A stretch of 64,000 nt of DNA from Polyangiaceae bacterium (lineage in GTDB: Bacteria; Myxococcota_A; Polyangia; Polyangiales; Polyangiaceae): the NCBI GenBank assembly GCA_044376115.1, contig JBILLK010000010.1:288488-352487 (forward strand). The letters run 5' to 3'. Under the pieces are notes generated by a model that was not told the origin of the DNA, ran no database searches, and was given only the letters and a program-made list of their open reading frames with translations. The first letter of the stretch is position 1. Each line of letters opens with the position of its first letter. The translations under genes and the position numbers were made by a program. Positions 52,448 through 62,403 of this stretch are shown one piece after another.

Positions 52448-53104
52448 GTGATTGAGAACCTCCTTACCTGCTTGGGCCCGTCCCGTCCGCTCGGGGCGTC
52501 GTTGATCTTGTTTGCGCTCGCCGGCTGTGGCGACAGCTCGAGTTCCTCGGGCGGCGGAAACGACGGCACCGGCGCGAGCGCCGGCAGTGAAGCCACCGGA
52601 GGCTCCGGTTCGGGCGCGAGCAATCCCGGCACAGGGGGCTCCTCAGCTGGCGGCAACTCCAGCACCGGCGGCAACTCCAGCACCGGCGGCAACTCCAGCA
52701 CTGGCGGCAACTCCAGCACCGGCGGCAGCTCGCCTTGCGCCAACGCTCCCGCGGTCTCCTTCGCCAGCGACATCCAGCCCTTGTTGGTCGAAGGTTGCGC
52801 CTTCTCCTCTTGCCACGGCGGCGCCATGCCCGACGCCAACCTGGACCTCACCGACGGCAACGTCTACGACGAGCTCGTCAACGTGGCGACAGCGCAATGT
52901 GGCGGCGCGCGCACCTTGGTCGTGCCCGGCGCGCCCGAGGACAGCTACCTCATCAACAAGCTGCGCGGCGTAGACATGTGTGGCGGCGTCAACAGCAAGA
53001 AGATGCCGCGCACCTTGCCCCCGGGAGCCTCTGCACCGCCCTGGACCGAGGCCGAGACCGCGCTGATTGAAGCGTGGATTTGTGGCGGCGCGCTCGATAA
53101 CTGA
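52448..53104 (+). CDS. Lipoprotein with cytochrome c-like domain (CX4CH)
   Basis: LAGC lipobox, VSFASDIQP, CAFSSCHGG, VVPG.PEDSYL, KMP, WI..GA; start uncertain. Confidence 0.7.
   Translation: MIENLLTCLGPSRPLGASLILFALAGCGDSSSSSGGGNDGTGASAGSEATGGSGSGASNPGTGGSSAGGNSSTGGNSSTGGNSSTGGNSSTGGSSPCANAPAVSFASDIQPLLVEGCAFSSCHGGAMPDANLDLTDGNVYDELVNVATAQCGGARTLVVPGAPEDSYLINKLRGVDMCGGVNSKKMPRTLPPGASAPPWTEAETALIEAWICGGALDN
52649..52720 (+). repeat. 4 x 18-bp in-frame tandem repeat (GGNSST)
   Basis: ggcggcaactccagcacy x4. Confidence 0.85.
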
Positions 53105-53173
53105 GCTTCGATATTCAGATGGTCATTTTCCGCGGGCTCGCCCGTCCTGACTCGTGGTAGGGTCCGCGGCCTC

Positions 53174-53258
53174 GCACGAGTGGCGGAATTGGCAGACGCA
53201 CCGGATTTAGGTTCCGGCGCCGCAAGGCGTGGGGGTTCAAGTCCCTCCTCGTGTACCA
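53174..53258 (+). tRNA. tRNA-Leu (TAG)
   Basis: Acceptor GCACGAG/CTCGTGT plus ACCA, D loop GGAATTGG, anticodon arm CCGGA-TTTAGGT-TCCGG, long variable arm, GGTTCAAGTCC. Confidence 0.96.
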
Positions 53259-53318
53259 GCGCTGAAGAGAGAGCGTAGCTCCCCCCGCGGGGGACACGGC
53301 TTTGCTACCGTGGCGCGC

Positions 53319-55055
53319 ATGCGCGCTTCTCTCACCGGCTTCACCCTTGTCCTGCTCACGTCGGCCAGCTCGGTTTCGGCCGCGCCCTTCTTCAAGGAGG
53401 TCGGCAACCCGTTCGGCACGCAGCTGTGCGCCGATACGCAGGAGGGCTGCTGGACCAACTACTTGCGCATGACCGACATCGACGGTGACGGCGATCTCGA
53501 CCTGTTGTTGCCCAACGCTGACGGCTACTTCGACAAGGGCGAACCCCAGCCGTTTGCCGTCTACCTCAACGATGGCGCCGGCAACTTCAGTGACGGCTCC
53601 AACGCGATCGTCGGGCTTTACACCGGCTACGTGCGACAAATCGCGGTCGGCGATGTGGACGGGGACAACGACGTCGATCTCTACATCCCCGCCGCCTGGG
53701 GCGATGCCGACGTGCTCCTGCTCAACGAAAGCGGCACCTTCGTCGACAACGCCGCCACGCACTTGCCCGGCCTTCAATCCTTCGCAGGCGCCACCCGCTT
53801 CGGCGACGTAGACAACGACGGCGATCTGGATCTGCTCGTCACCGAGGGTTGGGCGATGCCGGCCAGCCAGCCGGTGCACCTCTACTTGAACGACGGCAGC
53901 GGCCACTTCAGCGAGGCCAATACGCTGCCCAGCGAGGCCGCCAGCGGTGAGCCGATCGATCTCGATTTGTTCGATGCCGACGGCGACTTCGACCTGGACC
54001 TGCTCGTCGATATGCACGGTGCGAGCGCGCTCTTTTGGCTCAATGACGGGGCCGGGACCTTCACCGCGGCCGCCTACCCCGAGCAGAGCGGTCTCAAGTA
54101 TGGGCCGGTCGCCTGCGACGTGGACGGCGACGGAGACCTCGACGTCTGGACCGACAACGCCGGGCCCAACTACACCGAGGCCCTGCTGATCAACGATGGC
54201 GCAGGCGTCTTCACCGACGAGACCGCAGCGCGCGTGAGCGGCAACGTCAACGGCGCGGACGACAACATCGTCGCCTGCATCGACATCGACGGGGACGGCG
54301 ACTTCGACGCAGCCATCGGCTCGCTCTCCGACAGCGAGCGCGTGCTGATCAACGACGGCACCGGCAACTTCACGCTCGAGCCCGATTCCTTCCCCAACAT
54401 CGGCGACGGCACCTTGTGGTTCGAGTTCGGCGATATCGACGGCGACGGGCGGCTTGATTGCGCGACAGCGCAGGGCGAATCGAGCTCGCTCGATCGGCTG
54501 TACACCGGGACGACCAACACCGCGGTGGACACCGTCGCGCCGAGCTTCCGCTTGATCGAGGCTCTGAGCGGCGTGGTCGCCGAGCAAGAGCCTGCGCTGC
54601 GTTTTGCCGTGGTCGACAACGCCACCACCGACGAAGGACCGCGCCTCAGCGAGGCCTTCGTCCGCGTCACCATCTCCGGCGAGGAGCAAGATGTACCGGC
54701 CCGCTTCGTCGGTGGAGACCTCTATCGCGCGGTGCTGCCCGCTGCAGCGCTGGGCACCACGGTGAGCTACGCGGTGTGCGCCACCGACCGACAAAACAAC
54801 GCCGCCTGCTCCGAGCCGCTCAACTACGAGGTTGGCGGCTCCGGTGCAGGCGGTAGTGGTAGCGGTGGTAGCGGCGCCGGAGGCAATAACAACGGCGGGC
54901 AAGGCGCTGGCGGCAACGACGATGACGGCGGTGGTTCGGAGGAGGGCTGTGATTGCGCCCTCGCAGCGCCGCCCGCATCACGTGGCGGCGCGCTGCTCTT
55001 GGCCGGCCTCGCGCTCACGCTGAGCGGCGCACGTCGTTTGCGCCGCCGCAGCTGA
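53319..55055 (+). CDS. FG-GAP/VCBS-repeat surface protein with MYXO-CTERM-like tail
   Basis: Seven DxDGDGDxD repeats, signal peptide, EGCDC plus TM plus RRLRRR. Confidence 0.9.
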   Translation: MRASLTGFTLVLLTSASSVSAAPFFKEVGNPFGTQLCADTQEGCWTNYLRMTDIDGDGDLDLLLPNADGYFDKGEPQPFAVYLNDGAGNFSDGSNAIVGLYTGYVRQIAVGDVDGDNDVDLYIPAAWGDADVLLLNESGTFVDNAATHLPGLQSFAGATRFGDVDNDGDLDLLVTEGWAMPASQPVHLYLNDGSGHFSEANTLPSEAASGEPIDLDLFDADGDFDLDLLVDMHGASALFWLNDGAGTFTAAAYPEQSGLKYGPVACDVDGDGDLDVWTDNAGPNYTEALLINDGAGVFTDETAARVSGNVNGADDNIVACIDIDGDGDFDAAIGSLSDSERVLINDGTGNFTLEPDSFPNIGDGTLWFEFGDIDGDGRLDCATAQGESSSLDRLYTGTTNTAVDTVAPSFRLIEALSGVVAEQEPALRFAVVDNATTDEGPRLSEAFVRVTISGEEQDVPARFVGGDLYRAVLPAAALGTTVSYAVCATDRQNNAACSEPLNYEVGGSGAGGSGSGGSGAGGNNNGGQGAGGNDDDGGGSEEGCDCALAAPPASRGGALLLAGLALTLSGARRLRRRS

Positions 55056-55063
55056 ACCGCCGA

Positions 55064-55864
55064 TCAATCGGGGGGCGGGTTGGTGCGGTGGTCGAGGTAC
55101 TGCGCCACGATTCGCCCCAGCTGATCGGAGATCTTGCGGTAGCGCGTGCCCGAGGCCGCATCGACCATCGAAGCTCCCCAAGCGTAGGTGATTTCGATCT
55201 CGTCGAGCAGCTTGCCGCGGCTGTCTGTGATCTGCACGGCCATCGTTATCACGCTCGAGCTCTTGGTGATCCACGCGTAGTAACCAGGCTCCATGAAGGT
55301 GATGTGAGGCTTGATCACGAAGGGCCCCTCGGCCACGTCCGCATCATCCACCCCTTCGTCGAACTCTTCTTCCGCCGACAACTTGCGCGGGGCCGGTTCA
55401 GGCTTTTTCGCATCGGTCGCTGGCTCGCTCTTCGGCTCGGGCTCCACGGCCACATCGCCCAAGAAGGCTTGATGACGCAACAGTTGAGCGGGCTTCTCGC
55501 CGAGCGTTAGCTCGCTGAACAGCCTGGCGCCCGTAGCCGCGCTCTTCTTCTTCTTGGTCTTCACCTTCAGACCGCGCTGCCGAGCGGAGCGCACCAGATT
55601 CTGGTGAAAGCGCTCGCCTACGGCCTCCTTGTCTTCGTCGAAGCTGGCCGCCGACTCATCGTCTTTGTCCCCAACATACTCATCCTCGGTCTTCGACCCG
55701 ATGCGCAGATCCGTGTAGTCGATGGGCGTGATGTAAAAGCGGCTCTTACCGACAAAAGGATTCGGTTCGGCCTGCTCGATGACGACCCACGGGTAGCTCG
55801 TCGCGCACCCCGTGAGCAAGGTCGCGAGCAGCGCGACCTGGAACCAAAAGAAAGCCTTCAGCAT
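55064..55864 (-). CDS. Lipoprotein, unknown function
   Basis: LTGC lipobox, alpha/beta domain with a low-complexity insert. Confidence 0.7.
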   Translation of the reverse strand: MLKAFFWFQVALLATLLTGCATSYPWVVIEQAEPNPFVGKSRFYITPIDYTDLRIGSKTEDEYVGDKDDESAASFDEDKEAVGERFHQNLVRSARQRGLKVKTKKKKSAATGARLFSELTLGEKPAQLLRHQAFLGDVAVEPEPKSEPATDAKKPEPAPRKLSAEEEFDEGVDDADVAEGPFVIKPHITFMEPGYYAWITKSSSVITMAVQITDSRGKLLDEIEITYAWGASMVDAASGTRYRKISDQLGRIVAQYLDHRTNPPPD

Positions 55865-55997
55865 ACGGTGGACCTCGTTCCGTCGATGTACCGCCCTAGC
55901 CTATGGAACTTCCCGTCGAGAAGTTGCTTCGTCAGCCGGGCGGACTTGCGCCTTCCCTCCCCGGCCCACGAGTAGCGCCTTGCGATACCGCGTGGCT

Positions 55998-56606
55998 CTA
56001 GCGGCGCGCTTCCGCGGAGCGGTCGACCTGCAGCGGGTAGCGGATGCGCACCGAGGCGGGGGCCGCTGCGTTCGCGGGCTGGCTCCCGGGCAATACCCCA
56101 TAGTGCTTCGGCCCGCAGTCGATGCAATCGGACCCAGCCACCGAGGCGTCGGCCGGGAAGGTCGGCTTGAGCTCGCGTAGGCAACCATCGACGAGGGGCG
56201 CAGCGGGCGCGCGGACCTCGACTGCGCCCGCCGCAAAGTCGATGTCGGCGTAGACCGAGGTCACCTCGCCCGGCACGGAGCAGGCGCATACGGCTTGCAG
56301 CGCTGCAGCCATCGGCGGCTGCATGGCGGCGGCAAGGATGTGGACGCTGCTGGTTACATCTTGCGCTGGCCATTGCAGTGGGCACGCGGCGTCCTTCTGC
56401 GGATGACGCACGAGCAGGCTCGCCTGCAGCTCGGCGTCCTGGCCCTTGCCCTGCGCCCCGGCGGCTGAAACTGCGCCGTCTGAGGCCGCAAGCGCAACGT
56501 TAGGCTCCACCTGCGGAGCCGTTGCACAACCGACCATCGCACAACCAATCGCCGCACAACCGATCGCGACCGCCACAACCCAAGCAAGACTTCGCACAGC
56601 GCGCAT
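55998..56606 (-). CDS. Cys-containing lipoprotein
   Basis: Repeated AIGC/MVGC signal, several Cys pairs. Confidence 0.6.
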   Translation of the reverse strand: MRAVRSLAWVVAVAIGCAAIGCAMVGCATAPQVEPNVALAASDGAVSAAGAQGKGQDAELQASLLVRHPQKDAACPLQWPAQDVTSSVHILAAAMQPPMAAALQAVCACSVPGEVTSVYADIDFAAGAVEVRAPAAPLVDGCLRELKPTFPADASVAGSDCIDCGPKHYGVLPGSQPANAAAPASVRIRYPLQVDRSAEARR

Positions 56607-56707
56607 CCCGCAAGGGACAGCGACCCCGAAACAAAGTTCCGCATTGCCCCCAGACGGTCGTTCCGGCTGGATCGCGGGGAGTCGGCAAAAGTGCTAACGC
56701 TCTCCGC

Positions 56708-57538
56708 ATGCGCTCGAAGCTCGTCGTGTCGCTCATGCTGGTTGGCTGCGCTGGTTCGCTCCCGCAGCCCCCGGCGGTCGATCTTGGGACCCCACTCGCA
56801 GCAGCCCCGCCGGCCGCCACGGGCCCCGCCGTCACCTTCAACTATACGGCCGACCGAGTGGGTGACGTGTGTCGCGAGGCCAGCAAGGTGCAGACCACCA
56901 CAACGGTGGGCAGCACCCCACCGAAGCTCTACGAGCGCGAGCAAGCCGATACCTACGAGGTGCTCGCGGTTGCTAATGATGTATCGGTAAAAGAGCGCTT
57001 CGCGTGGTCACGTCATTCGATCCGGCGTAGCGGCGTGGAAGACGTGATCCCGATCAGCCTAGGAACGCAGTACCTAATGTCGCTCGACGAGCAGGGCGCA
57101 AGGCAGGCCTTCGATGCGCAAGGCGGGCCGTTGCCCAAGCCGCTCGCCGAGTGGATTACCGGTCATTGGCGAGTGGGCGTGCGGGACGACATCGCGACCG
57201 CACTCCACGGCAATACGCTGCGGCCGGGCGATGAGGTACCTGCGCTCGCCGCGCGTTATCGCAAACAAATCGTCGACGGGGCGACCTTGCGCAGTGAGCG
57301 TTATCTCTATATCGGACAAGAGGGAGACAACGCGCGCTTCTCGATCGAGGTCGAAGCCGACTTTCGCTGGGAGTCTCCTGGAACGTTCTCGATGCGTACC
57401 AAGTTATGGGTCTCGGTTCCACGAGGCACGCCCAGCCGAGAAGAGACATCGTTTACGGTCGTGCGCCAGCGACGCGAGGGAGACCAACTACATATCGAAT
57501 CGAGCGGCTTCTCCGAAGACAGCTGCGAGGCCCGTTAA
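56708..57538 (+). CDS. Lipoprotein, unknown function
   Basis: MRSKLVVSLMLVGC lipobox, beta-rich body. Confidence 0.7.
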   Translation: MRSKLVVSLMLVGCAGSLPQPPAVDLGTPLAAAPPAATGPAVTFNYTADRVGDVCREASKVQTTTTVGSTPPKLYEREQADTYEVLAVANDVSVKERFAWSRHSIRRSGVEDVIPISLGTQYLMSLDEQGARQAFDAQGGPLPKPLAEWITGHWRVGVRDDIATALHGNTLRPGDEVPALAARYRKQIVDGATLRSERYLYIGQEGDNARFSIEVEADFRWESPGTFSMRTKLWVSVPRGTPSREETSFTVVRQRREGDQLHIESSGFSEDSCEAR

Positions 57539-57540
57539 CC

Positions 57541-59610
57541 TCATTCGAGCGTATCCTTGATAAACAGCCGCTCCGCGAGCGTTACCTTCTTGGTCTTGCT
57601 GTCGACGACGCCGGTGAAGGTCTGCAAGCTCGTAATACCGTCTCCATCGAGATCGCCCTCGGCTGAGACTTCGAAGCCGTTTTTACCGGGGTCCGGCCCA
57701 CCTCGGCTAGGCCCCTTGTAGTTGCCACCGACGCGCACCTCAAACTGGTAGAGCATCGGCTGGTCGTGCGTGAAGCCCACACACTTCCAGGCGGGCTGAT
57801 TGAAGTCTTCGCCCGCGGCGGAGCTTGGGGAGTAGCTAACGCCACGCGGGAGCTGCTTCGGTACGGGCGGCGCCGAGGCGCAAAGTCGATGGCTACCGTT
57901 CGCTTGTGGGGTCTCGTAGGAACGCGCGACCGCCCGCGCGATCTGACTCAACGTTCGGCGGGCTTCGCGGGCCTGTGACGCACTACGAACTCGGCGCGCT
58001 CCCTCGACACCGGACACATACAGGCCGAGCATCCCTTCGATCGCGCCTGCTGCGCCGCGTGCATTCGCGCTTACCCCCGTCTCGATCGGATCGAGCGCTA
58101 ACGTGATAAACGAGCTATCGGTCTTATCGCTCGCCTTGTCGACGTTGGCCGCTGGCGCAGCCGCTTCCGTCGCTTTGGCTCCAGCGCCCTCGTGGGGCAA
58201 CCACGCCTTCAGCGCCACCAGATCGGTGAACAGCGCAAGGTGGCTATCGACGCCCAACGCCTTGCTGGCCTGCATAAACCGATCGGTCGCACCGAGGCTC
58301 AAGGGGCCGCGGGCGAACACATCTTTGGCGAGCCGAGCGTTGCCGACGGTGAGAAAGACATGACCGGGCGAGGTCTGAACGGTGACGGCGACCTCGTCGA
58401 GCGTGAGGCTGAAGCCGCCCGACCACGCGCTCCACTTCGGCTCGGTGGCAAAGCGACTACCGAGCGCATCGACAAGACGCTTGGCGATAGCGTCGTTGCG
58501 AACGTCGACGTCGATGAGCAGCAGCGCGTCGTCGAAGAAGCCGCGCGTAAAGTCCGCTTCGCCGGGCGTGGCGTAAAGCGCGAACGCAGCGCTATCCCCG
58601 AGCGCGCTTTCGAGTTCGGCGAGGGACACCTTGGCACGGCTCGCGAGCTCGGACTCGACGGCGCGCTTGATCTCCTGCAGCCCGATCCGATCGAGCTCCT
58701 CGAGTACGTTGCCAACGTTGCGGCCGGGAGCCCGACGCAAAGAAAGTCCCATCGCCAGCAGCGGCCCCTCGGGCAGACCTCGCAGTGCGTGCTGGTCCGT
58801 CGCAGCCATCACCGCACCCAACCTCGGCACGCGACTACCGAGCTGCGCGTAGCCAACCTCGATGCTGCCTTCATGTTGATTCTTCAGATCGAGCGCGGCC
58901 GTGAGCCGAGACCCTTCACCGAACAGCGCCAGTTGGTCGAAGGAGCGCTCCAGGTTCGCCGCTGCCCAAAAGGGCGTCCCCATCGAGGTTGTAGCGAACG
59001 TCGGATTTCCGCCAAACGACCGGCGCTTCTTCGCGATCGTATCGAGCGTCGCGGTCTCGGTGGTGTCATCGAACGAGACCACCACCACGCGCTGCTCGGC
59101 CACCACCGTAAACACAGTATTCGTCTCCGCGAGGCCATAACGTCCGTCCCCGAGATCGTTGAGCGAGCTCCGCTTGATCGCAGCCAGCACCGGCTCGAGC
59201 GTCTTGAACCGAACGATCACACCGCTCGATTCGGGAGTGAACGCGCGTGTTCCGAACAGCACGAGGCCGTCCAGATGCGGCGCGAGCAGCGCGAGCACCT
59301 CCGGTGAAGCATCGAAGCGTTCGGCCATCGCCCGCACCGCGCCCTTCAACGCCCCCTCCATGAACTCGGGCGAGAGGCGCGCTTCGAGCTCGTCCACCCC
59401 CGCAACGCCGAGAACGAAGTCTGCTTCTCGGGGCACCAACTTGGCTAGATCGGCGCCCCAGCCCTGCTTGCGCGCTTCAGCTTGTTCGACCGGCGTGGTT
59501 TCCGCGGCAGCGGTTGTCTCGGGCGCCCGCGTCGTTGGCGCCGCCGCGCAGGAGACGACGCCGACCGAGAGCGCGAGCATCAAACGCAGCCAACTGGATG
59601 TTGCGTCCAT
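57541..59610 (-). CDS. Lipoprotein with C-terminal pilin-like globular domain
   Basis: VVSC lipobox; EARRTLSQIARA...LCASA..VP...W..VGF...P..YQF...AEGDLDGDG. Confidence 0.72.
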   Translation of the reverse strand: MDATSSWLRLMLALSVGVVSCAAAPTTRAPETTAAAETTPVEQAEARKQGWGADLAKLVPREADFVLGVAGVDELEARLSPEFMEGALKGAVRAMAERFDASPEVLALLAPHLDGLVLFGTRAFTPESSGVIVRFKTLEPVLAAIKRSSLNDLGDGRYGLAETNTVFTVVAEQRVVVVSFDDTTETATLDTIAKKRRSFGGNPTFATTSMGTPFWAAANLERSFDQLALFGEGSRLTAALDLKNQHEGSIEVGYAQLGSRVPRLGAVMAATDQHALRGLPEGPLLAMGLSLRRAPGRNVGNVLEELDRIGLQEIKRAVESELASRAKVSLAELESALGDSAAFALYATPGEADFTRGFFDDALLLIDVDVRNDAIAKRLVDALGSRFATEPKWSAWSGGFSLTLDEVAVTVQTSPGHVFLTVGNARLAKDVFARGPLSLGATDRFMQASKALGVDSHLALFTDLVALKAWLPHEGAGAKATEAAAPAANVDKASDKTDSSFITLALDPIETGVSANARGAAGAIEGMLGLYVSGVEGARRVRSASQAREARRTLSQIARAVARSYETPQANGSHRLCASAPPVPKQLPRGVSYSPSSAAGEDFNQPAWKCVGFTHDQPMLYQFEVRVGGNYKGPSRGGPDPGKNGFEVSAEGDLDGDGITSLQTFTGVVDSKTKKVTLAERLFIKDTLE

Positions 59611-59716
59611 GCCGCATCCTCGCACAGTTCGATAGCGGGTTAGCGACCGTTGGCGCTGGGAGGGCTAGCTGAACAGGAGCATCCGATCCAGGCCCTATCG
59701 TGTTAGTGGTTGCACG

Positions 59717-60973
59717 ATGAAGCGACTCGCTATGTTGTGCACCAGCTTCGTCCTCGCCTGCAGCGCCCGCAGCTCGCTCGAGACGGCAGGCGGTTCTGCA
59801 GGAACTGGAGCGTCCTCGTCGAATGGCGGTAGTAGCCCATCGAGTTCGAGCTCGACCGGCGCTGGCGGCTCCGGCGGACAACAAAGCGATTGCGCCGCGC
59901 TGGCCCTCGACGGTGAGCCCTACCTCGTCCCCTTCGCCAAGAACTCGACCGCGCCTGAGCTCGGCTTTGCCAACGACAGCGAGCTGTTTCTCGCTTGGCG
60001 TGCCGAAGACGGCGCGCTGATCGCGAACACCACGCTAACCCCCAGCAACGTTTGGCCCGACCCTTTCGACTCGAGCATCGTGCTCGAGCCCTCGGTCTCG
60101 GCGCTGGTCGTCGGGCCGAGCAGCAATGGAACGGCTGGGCTCTATCGCGATGGCCTCGACCAGTTTTGGCTCACCTCGCGAATGGGTGCGTTCGACTTCA
60201 TCGACCTTTACACGACGCCGACTGAGCCGCTGTTCGTTGCCGCCAATGAGGACGTGATCTTCTTTTCGCGCAACGACGGCCTCTTCTTGACGACGGAAAG
60301 CTACGGACCCTCCGGCCTGATTTCGTATGGCCCGCCTTTCTGTATTGCGAGTAAGGCCCTCGCCTCCGCCATCCCGCTAGCCGGCAAACAGTTTTTAATC
60401 GCCAGTGTGGACTCGGCGGATCCAGGCCAATCCTGCTTCGGCCAAGGCTTCGAACTAGGCACCAACCTCGTCACGCGGCGATACGCCGAACTCCAAGACG
60501 GCGAGCTGGTCGAGCAGTTCCCCCAGGTTGAACCGCTCTTGCACCTGGGCCTCGTGCAAACCACCTTCGGCTCCTGGCTGGTCTACCAAACCGACGGCTC
60601 AACCTCCGAAACGATGCCGCCCGTGTTCGCCTACCGGCTCGATAACGCTGGCGTGCGTCTGCCCAGCTCAGCCGACCCTCTCGCGCTGACAGAGTCTGGC
60701 CTATCCAGCTCGGAGCTCGCGCTCGCCACGATGGGCGACGCCTTGGTGATCGCCACGGTGGACTCCACCGATCCAAGCGCCCCCGTGGTGATCCTGCGGC
60801 GCTTCGAGGCCGACGGCAGCCCCGGCCCCGTTACCTCATTCGCCACCAACGCCGCTTGGCTAGGCGGCCACCTGCGCATGGTGGGCTCAAAAGATGGCCA
60901 GAGCCTCTTACTCGCATGGTCCGCCGACCTCGACGCTTCGGTCGCGGTAGCCAAAGTAGCGTGTAGCCCTTAG
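59717..60973 (+). CDS. Lipoprotein, beta-propeller-like
   Basis: VLAC lipobox, Ser/Gly linker, beta-rich body. Confidence 0.72.
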   Translation: MKRLAMLCTSFVLACSARSSLETAGGSAGTGASSSNGGSSPSSSSSTGAGGSGGQQSDCAALALDGEPYLVPFAKNSTAPELGFANDSELFLAWRAEDGALIANTTLTPSNVWPDPFDSSIVLEPSVSALVVGPSSNGTAGLYRDGLDQFWLTSRMGAFDFIDLYTTPTEPLFVAANEDVIFFSRNDGLFLTTESYGPSGLISYGPPFCIASKALASAIPLAGKQFLIASVDSADPGQSCFGQGFELGTNLVTRRYAELQDGELVEQFPQVEPLLHLGLVQTTFGSWLVYQTDGSTSETMPPVFAYRLDNAGVRLPSSADPLALTESGLSSSELALATMGDALVIATVDSTDPSAPVVILRRFEADGSPGPVTSFATNAAWLGGHLRMVGSKDGQSLLLAWSADLDASVAVAKVACSP

Positions 60974-60990
60974 CTGGGTAGCGAATCAAA

Positions 60991-61094
60991 CGAGGACGGC
61001 CCGCGGCTAGTCTTTGCTTTCAGTGGCTGAGCGGCAACAATGCAAAGTAAAGCCCCTGGCAGCACTACGCGATGTAGAGCGAGCTACTGCTCAT
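60991..61094 (-). pseudogene. Truncated third copy of the Cys-rich lipoprotein
   Basis: ATG AGC AGT AGC TCG CTC TAC ATC GCG TAG; homologous to 5' ends of both paralogues, with internal deletion. Confidence 0.75.
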
Positions 61095-61765
61095 TCGGGG
61101 AAACAGCCTTGAAAACCCCAACTTTCAAACGGCCAAGGCTCGCACACAATGTTGCCTTCAGCGTCCGTCGTTGCGTACGGGTAGGTAGTAAAATCGTATC
61201 CGCCAATTAAGCGACAAGCGAACCCTGGTTCACACGTGCCATCTTCTTGGCAGTTTGGGCGACGACAACAGTTCTCGTCCCATGGGGAGTCCGGCACGCC
61301 ACATCGCAACGCCACTTCGGTTTGCTCTTGGGAGCAGTTCGAGAAAGGCGCGTCGGTCCGGTTGGGGCCGCAGTTCCCAACGAAACAAGGAGGCGGCGAT
61401 ACTTCCTCCGCGTCGGAGCAAGGAGTAAAACCCGTCGTCTCACCAAGCTGCTGATCATGATTGCGAACCCAATAACGCTCTCCCGTGTCGCTCTGGACGC
61501 ACGCCAAGTACGGAGAAGAGTAACCCTTACCGACTGCACAAAGCTCCAACACAACGGCCTCGTCAGTATCAAGGCAGTCGCCCTCGACGAGCTGCCGAAC
61601 TCCCACCGTAGTGGTTGGCATAAAACCGTCCTCGCAATCCAAGGAAACCAACGGCTGATCTTTTGTTTCGGTGGCCGAGTCGCCGCAGGCGGACGCGGCG
61701 AGAAGCAACAATGCAATGTAAAGCCCCGGGCAGCGCGACACGATGAAGAGCGAGCTACTGCTCAT
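61091..61765 (-). CDS. Cys-rich lipoprotein, paralogue 2
   Basis: ASAC lipobox, ATGA overlap with paralogue 1, same Cys pattern. Confidence 0.8.
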   Translation of the reverse strand: MSSSSLFIVSRCPGLYIALLLLAASACGDSATETKDQPLVSLDCEDGFMPTTTVGVRQLVEGDCLDTDEAVVLELCAVGKGYSSPYLACVQSDTGERYWVRNHDQQLGETTGFTPCSDAEEVSPPPCFVGNCGPNRTDAPFSNCSQEQTEVALRCGVPDSPWDENCCRRPNCQEDGTCEPGFACRLIGGYDFTTYPYATTDAEGNIVCEPWPFESWGFQGCFPE

Positions 61766-62403
61766 TCCGGAAAACATCCAAAAAATCCACCGCCCCACTG
61801 CCCATAGTTGTCACAAACAATGGCTCCCTCCGAGTTTGTTGTCGCGTACGGATAGGTCCAGGCCTCCAAACCTGCTACTGGAGTGCAAACGAAGCCCGGG
61901 TCGCAGGCCCCGTCGACGCAGAATGGGCGGAGACAACAGTTCTCGTCCCACGGGGAGTCAGGCTCGCCACAGCGCAACACCGCTTCGGTCTCCTCTTGAG
62001 AGCAGTTGGAGTTCGGATAGGCGGTTCGGTCGGGGCCGCAGTCCCCGACGAAACAGGGAGGCGGCGGAACTTCTTCTGCTTCGGAGCAAGGCGTAAAGCC
62101 TGGCGTCTCACCAAGGTTTTGATCGTGATTGCGTACCCAATAGCGCTCTCCGCCTTCGTTTTGAACGCAAGCCAACAAGGGTATATCGAAGCCGTCCGCT
62201 GCGGAGCACAGCTCAAGTACCACAGACTCTTCGGTATCAAGGCAATCGCCCTCGGCGAGCTGGCGAACTCCAACCAAGGTGGTCGGCGAAAAGCCCTCCG
62301 TACACTCGAGCACGACCAACGGCTGATCTTTGCTTTCAGTGGCCGAGTCGCCGCAGGCGGCCAAGGCGAGCAGCAACGCCGCAAACGTTCGTGTGGTCTT
62401 CAT
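61762..62403 (-). CDS. Cys-rich lipoprotein, paralogue 1
   Basis: LAAC lipobox, ATGA overlap with protease stop. Confidence 0.85.
   Translation of the reverse strand: MKTTRTFAALLLALAACGDSATESKDQPLVVLECTEGFSPTTLVGVRQLAEGDCLDTEESVVLELCSAADGFDIPLLACVQNEGGERYWVRNHDQNLGETPGFTPCSEAEEVPPPPCFVGDCGPDRTAYPNSNCSQEETEAVLRCGEPDSPWDENCCLRPFCVDGACDPGFVCTPVAGLEAWTYPYATTNSEGAIVCDNYGQWGGGFFGCFPE

Noticed and set aside
53229..53318. N-terminal extension of the FG-GAP ORF
   Set aside because: Overlaps the tRNA; ATG 53319 gives a proper signal peptide.
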